64,000 bases of DNA from Anaerohalosphaeraceae bacterium. GTDB lineage: Bacteria > Planctomycetota > Phycisphaerae > Sedimentisphaerales > Anaerohalosphaeraceae. The stretch covers positions 1-64,000 of the forward strand of contig JBNRMN010000002.1 of assembly GCA_050309605.1 (NCBI GenBank), given 5' to 3'. Shown here one piece after another: positions 30,321 to 40,069 of the stretch (positions are counted from its first letter, which is position 1; each line of letters begins with the position of its first letter). Both the position numbers and the translations under genes were made by a program. The notes below the pieces were generated by a model. It was not told the origin of the DNA, made no database searches, and saw only the letters and a list, made by a program, of their open reading frames with translations.

Positions 30321-31475
30321 ATGAGACAATGGGTTGTTTTATGGGTCGCTTTCGCGGCGGCCGGGGCGATGGCGCTGACGGTTTCGGAGCAGACGCTTGA
30401 TCTGTTTGGTACGTCCGAGCCGGAGGATCCGAATGCCGTGGTTCTCGCTGATCCGCCCTACACCGTCAAGGTGTCGCGCACGGGCAAAGTGCTGAATGTG
30501 GCGATTGAGACCGCGTCGCGTGAGCAGGCGGAATTGCTGTTCGGCGCGCATTATGAACAGTCGCCGAGACTGTCGATTTATAAGGGCGATTTGCTGCTGG
30601 CATCGGGGCAGTTCGCCTTTGGGTGAGGCGGCGTCTGTGCGTACTCGTGGCGAGTACCGATGTATGCTTATGGCACATTCAGAATCGAGACGGAAGTGCC
30701 GACCGGCGAAGGCGAACCGATCCGCGTCGAGCCGACGACATATTATTTCAATCCGCTGTATCATGCGTCGGGGTTTGTCTATTTCGTTCCGGTTGCGGCG
30801 GCGTTTTTGTTCCTGAAAGAAAACCGGCGACCGAAGGCGTTTTTGATTCTGGCGCCAATGCTGCTGGTGATGGGGATGTGGAGAGGGTTTTCCGGAGTGA
30901 TGCATTTTCCTGAAGAGGCGGTCAGCATGTTAAATTCAGTGGTTATGGCCTTGCTGGCGGGCCTTTCCGTTGTCTGGCTTCTGGGTGAGCGGATCGGCCA
31001 TCGCCATCGGTTGGCAACGACTTTTCTGGCGGGCGGTATTATGCTGGGGTGCTGTGCCCTGATGCTGGTAGAAATCTTTTCCTCGGACTATGTGTTTCAA
31101 ATCGCATTTTTCGGTGTGATCAGTGCGGCGGTTATCCTGTCGGGCTTACTTGTCGGCGGTTTCCTGAGCCGGAAGCGATTTGGCCCGGTGCGTTTTTTGC
31201 TATGGTTCGGTGTGGGCATTTTATCGGCGACTTTTGTGCTGTTTTTTGTTTATTATGCGATTTTGACATTTTCCTATTTCAGTGCAGATTTGTTCTGGAT
31301 GTTGTTGGGCGTGATGCTGACTTATGCCGCAATCTATTGGGTAGGCGTCTTGCCGTTTCTGGTGCTGTTTTTCGTCAATGACTTTTGGCGGCAGCGGTTT
31401 ACGGCGGTCATGGGATTGGGCACTGTAGCCGTATCCGAGACGGAAGCTCACGAGGCGTTTACGTCTGACTTCTGA
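30321..31475 (+). CDS. Candidate membrane selenoprotein (384 aa, Sec102)
   Basis: ORFs 30321-30626 and 30660-31475 are in one frame across TGA 30624-30626 (FG-U-GGVCAYSWRVP); SECIS-like hairpin; signal peptide plus about 7 TMs. Confidence 0.8.
30641..30657 (+). promoter_or_regulatory. Bacterial SECIS-like hairpin 2
   Basis: GTACTCG-TGG-CGAGTAC, after a 14-nt spacer; compensatory changes relative to hairpin 1. Confidence 0.8.
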
Positions 31476-32323
31476 TCGCCCAGTTCCGTCGGTTCGTCCA
31501 GCAGGGTGGCCGGCTTCAGTGCGCCGGGGCCGCATTTTGTGCATTCCAGACAGCGGATGCAGTGGTCGGCGTTGGGGGTCTTATCGGGCTGGACGCCGTA
31601 GCGGCACAGGGTTCGACAGCGGCCGCATTGGGTGCATTGGTGTTCTTCCAGGTTCAGTGTAAACAGAGAAAACCGATTGAAAAAGCCGAAAATCGCACCC
31701 AGCGGGCACAGAATTCGACACCACGGGCGGATGGTAAAAAAGATGGCGGCGACAAAGACGACGATGATGGTGATTTTGAGGGTGTTGGGCCAGGGGATTA
31801 CGTCGCCGGCGACGGCGGCGGAAACCACATCGGGCAGGGCCTTTTCCAGCCCGCCGGCCGGGCAGATACGGCAGATAAACAGCGGGTGGCCTTCGCCGAA
31901 AAAGTAGGGGACGGCCAGGACTGTCCCGATCAGTACGACATAGCGAAAATGCCCCATCCAGCGGGGGATTTTGAAACGCGGCGCGGGGACCTTGGCCGCG
32001 ACATCCTGAAGCAGGCCGAACGGACACATCCAGCCGCACACCAGCGAGCCGAGCATCACGCCGAACGCGATCAGCAGTCCCACGGCAAAATACGGAAACA
32101 GGTGCAGCGCACTGAATTGGGCAATGACGCCGATGGGGCAGCCGAACAAGGCCAGCGGACAGGCATAGCAATGGAACACCGGTCCGCACACGGTGTGCAT
32201 CCGCAACCCGAACGGATCGAGCCAGACCAGCAAAAAACCCGTCTGTACCCACAGCCGATGCGGCAGGAGTTTTTTGAAAAACCGCGACAGCGGCGATGAC
32301 GATGAATTGACCGTGGACACCAC
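31448..32323 (-). CDS. Membrane 4Fe-4S binding protein (NapH/MauN-like)
   Basis: CYACP, CGWMCPFG, CRICPAG, CRILCPLG and two CxxCxxCxxxC motifs. Confidence 0.88.
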   Translation of the reverse strand: MVSTVNSSSSPLSRFFKKLLPHRLWVQTGFLLVWLDPFGLRMHTVCGPVFHCYACPLALFGCPIGVIAQFSALHLFPYFAVGLLIAFGVMLGSLVCGWMCPFGLLQDVAAKVPAPRFKIPRWMGHFRYVVLIGTVLAVPYFFGEGHPLFICRICPAGGLEKALPDVVSAAVAGDVIPWPNTLKITIIVVFVAAIFFTIRPWCRILCPLGAIFGFFNRFSLFTLNLEEHQCTQCGRCRTLCRYGVQPDKTPNADHCIRCLECTKCGPGALKPATLLDEPTELGDQKSDVNAS

Positions 32324-32327
32324 AGCC
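32309..32327 (-). promoter_or_regulatory. Bacterial SECIS-like hairpin 3
   Basis: GGCTGTGG-TGT-CCACGGTC (8 bp with 2 G-U pairs); loop starts 22 nt after TGA 32343-32341. Confidence 0.6.
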
Positions 32328-32331
32328 TCCT

Positions 32332-32577
32332 TTAACTGCCTCAGGTCGGGCAGGCTTCGGGGGGCTTGCCCGTGTAGGTTAACTGCAATCGACCGTCGTC
32401 GGTACGCTCCAGCCCGCCGATGCTGACTTCCTTCATCAGCCGCGTTTCGGGCGTGGCCAACCCTTTGTCGTTGTGTTCCGAAAAGACCGGCTGCGTGTGA
32501 AACTTCAGCCCGAAGGCCATCAGGCCGGCGCCGATAAACAGCAGCACAAATACGATTTTGATCTTGAAGGACTCCAT
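32332..32577 (-). CDS. Small single-TM candidate selenoprotein ending in C-P-T-U-G-S
   Basis: Track ORF ends ACPT-TGA; readthrough gives a CxxU motif, then GS-TAA; SECIS-like hairpin at matching spacing. Confidence 0.65.
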
Positions 32578-32670
32578 AATATTTACGCTATCATAGCACA
32601 CCGGAATGTATTTGTAAACAGCGTTTGGCGTACAAAATGATTGGCGGCCAGTCAGGATCGGCAGCCAAAT

Positions 32671-32703
32671 AAAAACGCCCGCGGACTTTGTCAGCGGGCG
32701 TTT
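32671..32703 (-). terminator. Terminator after xerC
   Basis: AAACGCCCGC...GCGGGCGTTT stem with a T run on the minus strand. Confidence 0.7.
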
Positions 32704-32723
32704 GAGGCTGTATCTAAAAAGAC

Positions 32724-33734
32724 TTATGTTGTCGGTTTGATTTCCAGCGGATGGGCGTTTTGATATTGTTCCTGCATTCGACTGGTGGTGATATGCGTAT
32801 AAATCTGGGTTGTCGATAACGATTGGTGTCCCAGCAGTTCCTGAACGCTTCGCAGGTCGGCACCGTTGTTGAGCATATGGGTCGCGAAGCTGTGCCGCAG
32901 CGTGTGCGGGCTGATGTTCGGGTCCAGACCCGCCTCGATGAGGTATTTGTCCATTTTTCGGCGGACGCTGCGGGCACTCATCCGTTTGCCGTGCTTGTTG
33001 GCAAACAGCACTTTACTGTCAAAGCCCGGATCATTGGCCAGACGGCGGCTGCGAAACTCCAGATAATGTTGAATGCTCTGCAGCGCTGTCAGACCAATCG
33101 GGCAAATCCGTTCTTTTTTGCCTTTGCCGCGGACGTGAATCACTTCGCCGAGGAAATCCACATCTTCCATATTCAGGGCCACCAGTTCGCTGACCCGCAT
33201 CCCCGTGCTGTAGAGTACTTCCATCATCGCTCGGTCGCGGGCACCCAGCCATGTGGTGGCCGGCGGTGTGTTCAGCAGCCGCTGAACCTGCTCGTATTCA
33301 AGAAACTTGGGCAGTTTTTTATCTTGTTTGGGTGTTTTGATATTGGTGGCCGGATTGCTGGACACATAATTGCGCTTGACGAGAAATTTGTAAAAGCTGC
33401 GCACCGTGGCCAGTTTGCGTGCGGTGGTGGATTTGGAATAGGCGTGGGAGTTCAATTCCGCCAGAAAACGGCGTATCGTATTGACGTCCGCAGCCTGCAG
33501 CAGGGTATCGATCTGGGTTTGTGCCTGGGTCTGTGTTTGTGTCGCGACCGAACCGTTCTCGGCGGCCCAGGGATTTTGTCCGTTGTCGTCGGGGCCGTGC
33601 GCGTCGGCGTGGGCGGCCAGAAAGGCGCTGTACTGCTCCAGGTCAGCCTCATAACACTTGGCGGTATGCTCGGAAAAATGTTTTTCAAATTTCAGATAAT
33701 TGACAAAATCCTGGATAATCGCCGAGTTGTCCAT
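32724..33734 (-). CDS. xerC: Tyrosine recombinase XerC
   Basis: LYSTGMRVSEL, GKGKKER, SPHTLRHSFATHML, LLGHQSLSTTQIYTH. Confidence 0.9.
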   Translation of the reverse strand: MDNSAIIQDFVNYLKFEKHFSEHTAKCYEADLEQYSAFLAAHADAHGPDDNGQNPWAAENGSVATQTQTQAQTQIDTLLQAADVNTIRRFLAELNSHAYSKSTTARKLATVRSFYKFLVKRNYVSSNPATNIKTPKQDKKLPKFLEYEQVQRLLNTPPATTWLGARDRAMMEVLYSTGMRVSELVALNMEDVDFLGEVIHVRGKGKKERICPIGLTALQSIQHYLEFRSRRLANDPGFDSKVLFANKHGKRMSARSVRRKMDKYLIEAGLDPNISPHTLRHSFATHMLNNGADLRSVQELLGHQSLSTTQIYTHITTSRMQEQYQNAHPLEIKPTT

Positions 33735-33792
33735 AAGTCTGTTTCCTTGTTTTAAGTTGTTTGCATTGTGCTGTCGGCTGTGCCCTGCCCTC

Positions 33793-34047
33793 TCATTCGA
33801 CGTCGCGCCGGCAGCTTTGCATCGGATCGGTCAAATCTTTATACAGAATTTCATCCGCCTGATGGATGAGCGATTGGGTCAGCTTAAAGCTGACCACCGC
33901 GGCGTCAAACCAGTCAAAGTCCGTACGCGCATCATTGGCCGCGGCCACCAGCGCATCCAAAAGAAGGCCTTCCTGGCCCGGCTCATAGCGAAAAATATAC
34001 TTTTCTGAACCTTTATTCAAAACGAATTGCCGCTTTACGATTTCCAT
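33793..34047 (-). CDS. Small hypothetical protein
   Basis: Plausible ORF upstream of xerC (FDWFDAAVVSF). Confidence 0.6.
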   Translation of the reverse strand: MEIVKRQFVLNKGSEKYIFRYEPGQEGLLLDALVAAANDARTDFDWFDAAVVSFKLTQSLIHQADEILYKDLTDPMQSCRRDVE

Positions 34048-34317
34048 AAGGCATCCTGAAACAGAATCCACATCTTTTTTTATCGGGCTGAATGCGATTT
34101 TCTGAAGTCTTTTTCCCCGAAAAAAACAAATCAAAGACAGATTCAGACAAAACAGCCATTTTTATTATCGACCGATAACGAAGCTTTCTTCAGAAGAAAT
34201 CGGTATGCAAATAGGCGGTTGGGGCAATTCTTTATGACGTCCTATAATAATTCTTGCCGTCCAACAGCAAAAACCTGAGGAACCGAGGGGGGGGATATAT
34301 CGGGATGGGGGAAAAAA

Positions 34318-35262
34318 TCAGGGAATCTTAAAAAATTCCGTGCCTGACCGTATATCGGACACAATTTGGCCTGTTTTCAAAAGGGCGTCCAGCAGCGGAC
34401 GCACTTGATCGGGGCTGAGGGACAGCCCGATGCCGATATCCTTCAATGAACAGGGATGACGACGGAGCATGGCAAGAACCGCTTCGGTGTTGCCGGTGAG
34501 GTCTGCCGAAGCGGCAGGGCCTTGATGACGACTGAAATCAGCAATGATTTCGGCTTGCGGATGCAGTTTTGGGGCGATCTGCTCCAATTCCTGAGGCGAA
34601 ACCGGCAGCGCCTCGGCGTGGGTGGTCGGACGCGCAGCGGTGTTGAGCTGGACTTTGTCGGGGCGGATTTTTGCGATGAGTCGGGCGATGTTTCGGATAC
34701 GGTCCTCGTCGGTGTTGATTCCCCGACAGAAAAAAACCTCCAGCCAGATTTGGCCGGCGTATTCGTCGCGAAACCGGCATAAACCATTGATAAAAAGCTC
34801 GAAATTCAGGTCGGGATGCGGGTTGTTCAGGCGGCGAAAGGTCGCTTCATCGCCGGCATCGAGCGAGGGCAGTACGACATCCGCCTTGGCGCAGTCCCGC
34901 CGAACCTCCGGCTGATACAGCAGTGTGCCGTTGGTGATGACGGCGGCGGGTATGTCGGTCAGCTTTTTGATGCCGTCGATGATGACGCCCAGTTCACTGT
35001 GCAGGGTCGGCTCGCCGGAACCGCTGAGGGTGATGTAGTCGGCGGACAGTCCCTCGTCTAACCGTTGGCGCAATTCAGTCAGCACCGCATCGGTCGGCAC
35101 ATAGACTTTGCGCTCCAGCGTCAGCGGGGCGTCTTTGCCCAGTTGGCAATAGAGGCAGTTTTGGGTGCAGGTCTTCATCGGGACGATGTCCAGCCCCAGG
35201 CTTTGGCCCAGACGACGCGAACGAACAGGCCCGAACAGATAGTGATAGGTTGACTTGGCCAT
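34318..35262 (-). CDS. Radical SAM protein
   Basis: GPVRSRRLGQSLG, CTQNCLYC, SGSGEPTL. Confidence 0.9.
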   Translation of the reverse strand: MAKSTYHYLFGPVRSRRLGQSLGLDIVPMKTCTQNCLYCQLGKDAPLTLERKVYVPTDAVLTELRQRLDEGLSADYITLSGSGEPTLHSELGVIIDGIKKLTDIPAAVITNGTLLYQPEVRRDCAKADVVLPSLDAGDEATFRRLNNPHPDLNFELFINGLCRFRDEYAGQIWLEVFFCRGINTDEDRIRNIARLIAKIRPDKVQLNTAARPTTHAEALPVSPQELEQIAPKLHPQAEIIADFSRHQGPAASADLTGNTEAVLAMLRRHPCSLKDIGIGLSLSPDQVRPLLDALLKTGQIVSDIRSGTEFFKIP

Positions 35263-36092
35263 TATGATTTTGGATTGCGAATGAGTTGATGGATACGGCC
35301 GCACATCGAGACCAGTGATTCCACTTCGTCCAGCGGGAGCATACAGGCCGCATCGCAGAGGGCATTGGCCGGGTCGGGGTGGATTTCCATAAACAAGGCG
35401 TTGGCGCCTGCCGCCGTTGCAGCGCGGGCCAATATCGGGGCCATATCGGGCGTGCCGGCACTGGCCGTGCCCAAACCGCCCGGCCGCTGGGTGCTGTGTG
35501 TGGCGTCAAAGACGACCGGACAGCCGATTTGCTGCATCAGCGGGATGGCAGTCATATCGTTGACATTGCGGTTGTAGCCGAAAAACGTGCCCCGTTCGGT
35601 CAAGAGAATCTTGTGGTTTCCGGTGGAACGTACCTTTTGGACGCAGTTTTTCATCTCTTCGGGGCTGACGAACTGACCTTTTTTGATATTGACGGGCTTT
35701 TGTGTCCGGCCGCAGGCGACCAGCAAGTCAGTTTGACGACATAAAAACGCCGGAATCTGAAGACAATCGACCACCGAGCCGGCGGCCTCGGCCTGGGCCG
35801 GTTCGTGGACATCGGTCAGGACGGGCAGGCCCGTTTTTGAGTGCACGTCATTCAGTATGGCAAGGCCTTTTTCCAGGCCAGGCCCGCGAAAACTGTCAAT
35901 ACTTGAACGATTGGCCTTGTCGAAACTGGCCTTGAAGATCACGCCGACACCGGTGCGCTCCCGAATGCCGAGTAGCGTCTCGGCGATCCGCAGGCACACA
36001 TCGCGGCTTTCTATCACGCACGGTCCGGCAATGATAAACAGCGGCTCATTGAGACCGACCTTGATTTGTCCAATGTGAAAGGATGAATTCAT
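35262..36092 (-). CDS. kdsA: KDO-8-phosphate synthase
   Basis: IAGPCVIES, KASFDKANRSS, QIPAFLCRQTDL, NIKKGQF. Confidence 0.95.
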   Translation of the reverse strand: MNSSFHIGQIKVGLNEPLFIIAGPCVIESRDVCLRIAETLLGIRERTGVGVIFKASFDKANRSSIDSFRGPGLEKGLAILNDVHSKTGLPVLTDVHEPAQAEAAGSVVDCLQIPAFLCRQTDLLVACGRTQKPVNIKKGQFVSPEEMKNCVQKVRSTGNHKILLTERGTFFGYNRNVNDMTAIPLMQQIGCPVVFDATHSTQRPGGLGTASAGTPDMAPILARAATAAGANALFMEIHPDPANALCDAACMLPLDEVESLVSMCGRIHQLIRNPKS

Positions 36093-36124
36093 TATTCTGT
36101 CCGCATTTTGTCCGCTGGTGGGGT

Positions 36125-37000
36125 TTACTCCGGCCAGATGCCGGTAAAGACTTCTGCGGCCGGGCCGGTCATATAAACGCAGTTATCTTCCTGCCGCCAG
36201 TTGAGCTGAAGGTTGCCGCCTGGCAGGTGGGCGGTGACGATGCGGTCGCACTGGCCGATCAGGACGCCCGCTACAGCACACGCGCACGCGCCGGTTCCGC
36301 AGGCCAGGGTGACGCCGCTGCCGCGTTCCCAGGTCTTCATCGTCAATTCGTCCGGCCCCTCGGCCTTGACAAAATGCACATTGACGCGCTGGGGAAACAG
36401 CTCGTGCCGTTCAATAATCGGTCCCAGATGCGGCAGGTCGATGGCGTCCAGGTCTTCGCAGAAAAAGACCGCGTGCGGATTGCCCATTGACACGCAGGTC
36501 ATCGACAAATCCTGCCCCTCGATGTGCAGCGGCAGATTAACCACGGTCGGTGTCTCGGCGGCCACGGGAATCTGTGTCGATTCGAGGATGGGCTGTCCCA
36601 TGTTGACACAAACCCGACTGACCAGGCCGTCTTGCCCCAGATCCAGTCCGACCGTCAGGATCCCCCGTCCGGTCTCAATCCGCAGGGAGGTGGGAAATGT
36701 TGTTTGTCCCGGCAGTGAGAACTCCGTATCGGTGCGGGCCAGATTGTGATCATAGACATATTTGGCCACGCAGCGGATGCCGTTGCCGCACATCGGCGAC
36801 TCGGAGCCGTCGGCGTTGAACATCCGCATCCGCGCGTCGGCGATTTCGGACGGTTCAATCAGAATCAGTCCATCCGAGCCGACGCCGAAATGCCGGTTGC
36901 TGATCCGCACCGCCAGATCGGCGGGGTTGTCAATGTGTTCGCTGAAGCAATCGACATACACATAATCATTGCCCAGTCCGTGCATTTTGGTAAATTGCAT
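36125..37000 (-). CDS. dapF: Diaminopimelate epimerase
   Basis: KMHGLGNDY, MCGNGIRC, ERGSGVTLACGTG. Confidence 0.96.
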   Translation of the reverse strand: MQFTKMHGLGNDYVYVDCFSEHIDNPADLAVRISNRHFGVGSDGLILIEPSEIADARMRMFNADGSESPMCGNGIRCVAKYVYDHNLARTDTEFSLPGQTTFPTSLRIETGRGILTVGLDLGQDGLVSRVCVNMGQPILESTQIPVAAETPTVVNLPLHIEGQDLSMTCVSMGNPHAVFFCEDLDAIDLPHLGPIIERHELFPQRVNVHFVKAEGPDELTMKTWERGSGVTLACGTGACACAVAGVLIGQCDRIVTAHLPGGNLQLNWRQEDNCVYMTGPAAEVFTGIWPE

Positions 37001-37159
37001 ATTGAAACCTCACTCTTGGATTTAGAAAATAAGTCAAGCCATTATATGCTCAATCTTTTGAAAATCAATAGTCAACCCCTCATTCGGGGCAAGTCTGACC
37101 CGAAAACAAAGGCATTTTTATCCTTGATAATCACGGATTTTGACGGTATAGATTGCACT

Positions 37160-38722
37160 ATGACTTACTTGACTGTACCCATAGCCGGCAGCGACGCCGA
37201 GTCATTTGCCGAGCGGTTTAAGCAGGCCAAGGCCCAGGGGGCTGAGGCGATTGAGGTGCGTTTGGACGGCCTGGCGGATTTGACGCCGGAGGCGGCCGGG
37301 CGGTTAATCACCCAGGCCCGCAAGACCAAATTGCCGGTGATTGCGACCTGTCGTGAAAAGGACGAGGGCGGGGCACGCAATTTCCCGATTGCCGAAAAGA
37401 CGGCGATTCTGGCCGAATGTATCCAAGCCGGGGCCGAGTTTATAGACTGCGAGCTGAAAGTTTTTGCAAAAAAAGATGCTTTTGGGCCACTTAAAGAGGT
37501 TCTTAAGGCTCATCCCGATTGCCGATTGATTTTGTCGGCCCATCGAATGAAGGGGCGATTTGAGGATATTAATATCCTTTATGAAACAATGCTGAGTCTG
37601 TGGCCGATGGCCATCTGCAAGCTGGTCTATCCGGCTCGGCACATCAATGATTGTTTTGAGGGGCTGGATTTGCTGCATCGGGCCGGCAAGGATATGATTG
37701 TTTTTTGTATGGGCCAGGCCGGTTTGATGACCCGCGTGCTTGCCAAAAAGCTGGGGGCGTTTTTGACGTTTGCCTCGCTGGATGAGAACAGCGCGACGGC
37801 GGCAGGGCAGATTCCCGTCGAGCAGATGAAGCAGTTGTTCTGCTGGGATCGACTGGATAACGAGACCGAAGTGTTTGGCCTGATCGGCAATCCGGTGTCC
37901 CATTCGCTCAGTCCGGCGCTGTTCAATGCGGCCTTTGAGGCCGAAGCCATCAATGCGGTCTATCTGCCGTTTCGGGTTGAAGGGGACCAGGAGCAATTTT
38001 CCGCGTTTGTTGATGCGATGGTGGAACGGCCCTGGCTGAGTGTCGGTGGGTTTAGCGTGACGATTCCCCACAAAACACACGCGCTGGATTACGTCAATCG
38101 CAAAGGCGAGTTTGTTGATACGCTGGCGGCCTCTATCGGGGCGGCCAATACGCTGAAAGTGGGCTTTAACGGCATTGTGTGCGGCTACAATACCGACTAT
38201 GCCGGTGCGATGGACGCGTTGACGGCGACGATTGGGATAGAACCGCATGCCCTGCATCAAATGGATGTGGCCGTTGTGGGCGCCGGCGGTGTGGCCCGTG
38301 CGGTTGTGGCGGGTCTGGTGGATGTCGGTGCGTATGTGACGGTGTATAATCGCACCGCCAAAAAGGCCGAGTCGCTGGCCGAGGAGTTTCGCTGCAAGGC
38401 AGCCGGTTTGGATGCACTGGAACGGGCCAATCCGGCGGTGATTATCAATTGCACCAGTTTGGGGATGTATCCGGATGTCGAACAGTGTGCCGTGGAAAAA
38501 GGGGTGCTGCGGCCGGATATGACGGTTTTTGATACGGTGTATAATCCGCTTCGTACGCGGCTGCTTGAGGCTGCTGAAGAAGTCGGCGCCAAGACCATCA
38601 GCGGCGCTGAGATGTTCATCCGGCAGGCGATAGCCCAGTACCGCGTCTTTATTGGGGCGGATCCGGACGAAAAGATCATCCGATCGGTCGTGATTGAAGC
38701 CTTGAAATCCAAAACGGCGTAA
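37160..38722 (+). CDS. aroE: Fused type I 3-dehydroquinate dehydratase / shikimate dehydrogenase
   Basis: IEVRLD and AAGQI (AroD); PVSHSLSP, VTIPHK, NTDYAG, GAGGVAR, DTVYNP (AroE). Confidence 0.9.
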   Translation: MTYLTVPIAGSDAESFAERFKQAKAQGAEAIEVRLDGLADLTPEAAGRLITQARKTKLPVIATCREKDEGGARNFPIAEKTAILAECIQAGAEFIDCELKVFAKKDAFGPLKEVLKAHPDCRLILSAHRMKGRFEDINILYETMLSLWPMAICKLVYPARHINDCFEGLDLLHRAGKDMIVFCMGQAGLMTRVLAKKLGAFLTFASLDENSATAAGQIPVEQMKQLFCWDRLDNETEVFGLIGNPVSHSLSPALFNAAFEAEAINAVYLPFRVEGDQEQFSAFVDAMVERPWLSVGGFSVTIPHKTHALDYVNRKGEFVDTLAASIGAANTLKVGFNGIVCGYNTDYAGAMDALTATIGIEPHALHQMDVAVVGAGGVARAVVAGLVDVGAYVTVYNRTAKKAESLAEEFRCKAAGLDALERANPAVIINCTSLGMYPDVEQCAVEKGVLRPDMTVFDTVYNPLRTRLLEAAEEVGAKTISGAEMFIRQAIAQYRVFIGADPDEKIIRSVVIEALKSKTA

Positions 38723-39265
38723 AAAGATGTCTTGATCTGCCTCGAATGCACTACTGTAACATCTCACCCAAAATGGTTATTGGCGGAAATTGGGGGATTC
38801 GGCGGGATATTTGGGAAAATGGCGGGATGGCGGCCTCTTAAAGGGGGATTATTAAGCTATTATTCGGGATTATTAAGGCCTTTGGGGCGGCTGAGCAAAG
38901 TGCGCAAAAACGCGAATTTCGGGCATTTTCGGGGGTGTATCGGAGTATAGGGGTCGTGAATTGAAAAATCGGGCAAAATCTTTAAAAACCGCGTTTTTGA
39001 CTTCAAAACGGTAATTGTCGCGTTTAAGAAGCAGAATTTAGGGATATAAACAGGGTCTTTCGGTTGTGTCCGCGCGGACGCACTCTCGGACAACTTTTTA
39101 TATCCAAAATTACCTTAATATATCAAGATAGGTGAAATAGACAGCCATTTTTTGGGGAAAATTAACAAGAAAATATTGTCGGGAATTGATTCAGGGAAAT
39201 TCTCAAAATTTTTTTTGAAAAAAAATAAGATTTTTTTGTACCAGAATATTTCTTGCTATTTCTTG

Positions 39266-39811
39266 CTAATTTTTATTATTGCATTGTGGTTCCTGGGTAA
39301 GCCGGAGCATTTCAAGAATCGCGTTTAATCGAAATTTAATCTCTGTGAAATTGTGCAGCATCATCAACAAGTCAGAAAGTCTGTTTTTTTGGCTGTTTAT
39401 TACCTGAAGCGCGGCTTGGTCTTGTTCAGACAGCTTTTCGCCCTGACTTAGCCGTGCTTCGGCGTCCAGAATAATCGTCCAGGCCTCTTGGTATTTCTCG
39501 GCTATGGGTTTTCGGATTGTTTCAATATCAGTGTTTACAAGCGTTTCTGCGGCTTTTTGAAACTGATCGTCGCCGGTGATAAGCCAATGAAGATCAATTT
39601 CTAATGCCTCTGAAATTTTCAAAAGCACATACGGGTCGGGTAGATTTTCGCCATTTTCATAGCGAGATATTTGGCTGGAGCTTGTAAAACCCGCCATTTT
39701 AGCAAGTGCCACCATACTTAACTGTTTAGCTTTTCTGGACTTATGGAGTCTTTCGCAAAACCCATTCAGAAATTTTGAGAAATCTTCTTTTTTTCGCTTG
39801 CTTTGTTGCAT
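39266..39811 (-). CDS. XRE/cI-like HTH repressor
   Basis: LSMVALAKMAG...QISRYENGENLP...DLHWLITG; divergent from the transposase operon. Confidence 0.85.
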   Translation of the reverse strand: MQQSKRKKEDFSKFLNGFCERLHKSRKAKQLSMVALAKMAGFTSSSQISRYENGENLPDPYVLLKISEALEIDLHWLITGDDQFQKAAETLVNTDIETIRKPIAEKYQEAWTIILDAEARLSQGEKLSEQDQAALQVINSQKNRLSDLLMMLHNFTEIKFRLNAILEMLRLTQEPQCNNKN

Positions 39812-39871
39812 TTCTCTCAGTACATTAGACGATACAATGCGTAACGCTCATTGTTTTTTAAGGTTTTAGTT

Positions 39872-40069
39872 ATGGCAAAAAACGTAAATCTTCGTGATCG
39901 GGACGTAATGGCCTTAATCAATGCCAGGGCAGAGGCCGAAGGGCGGACGGCCCAAAATGCCGCCAGTCAGACGATTCGCGAGGCGCTTATGCCGATTTAC
40001 GGCCCGAAACGTCGTTCATTCAAACAGCGAATCATTGAAAAGTCAAACGGAAATGGCTCAATGGATTGA
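39872..40069 (+). CDS. Small DNA-binding protein (Arc/RHH-like; Ner/Cro position)
   Basis: 65 aa; beta-helix-helix-like pattern; first gene of the early operon. Confidence 0.5.
   Translation: MAKNVNLRDRDVMALINARAEAEGRTAQNAASQTIREALMPIYGPKRRSFKQRIIEKSNGNGSMD

Noticed and set aside
24807..32577. Genome-wide UGA reassignment (code 4 or 25) as the explanation for readthrough
   Set aside because: Many conserved genes here (rbr, fprA, rex, hydB) end correctly at TGA, and Trp is encoded by TGG.
32724..33734. xerC as the integrase of an island
   Set aside because: Typical housekeeping XerC among core genes; no att repeats seen; the nearby element has its own DDE transposase.
36746..37159. N-terminal extension of aroD-aroE in the ORF track
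   Set aside because: Overlaps divergent dapF and its promoter region; homology-like sequence starts at ATG 37160.
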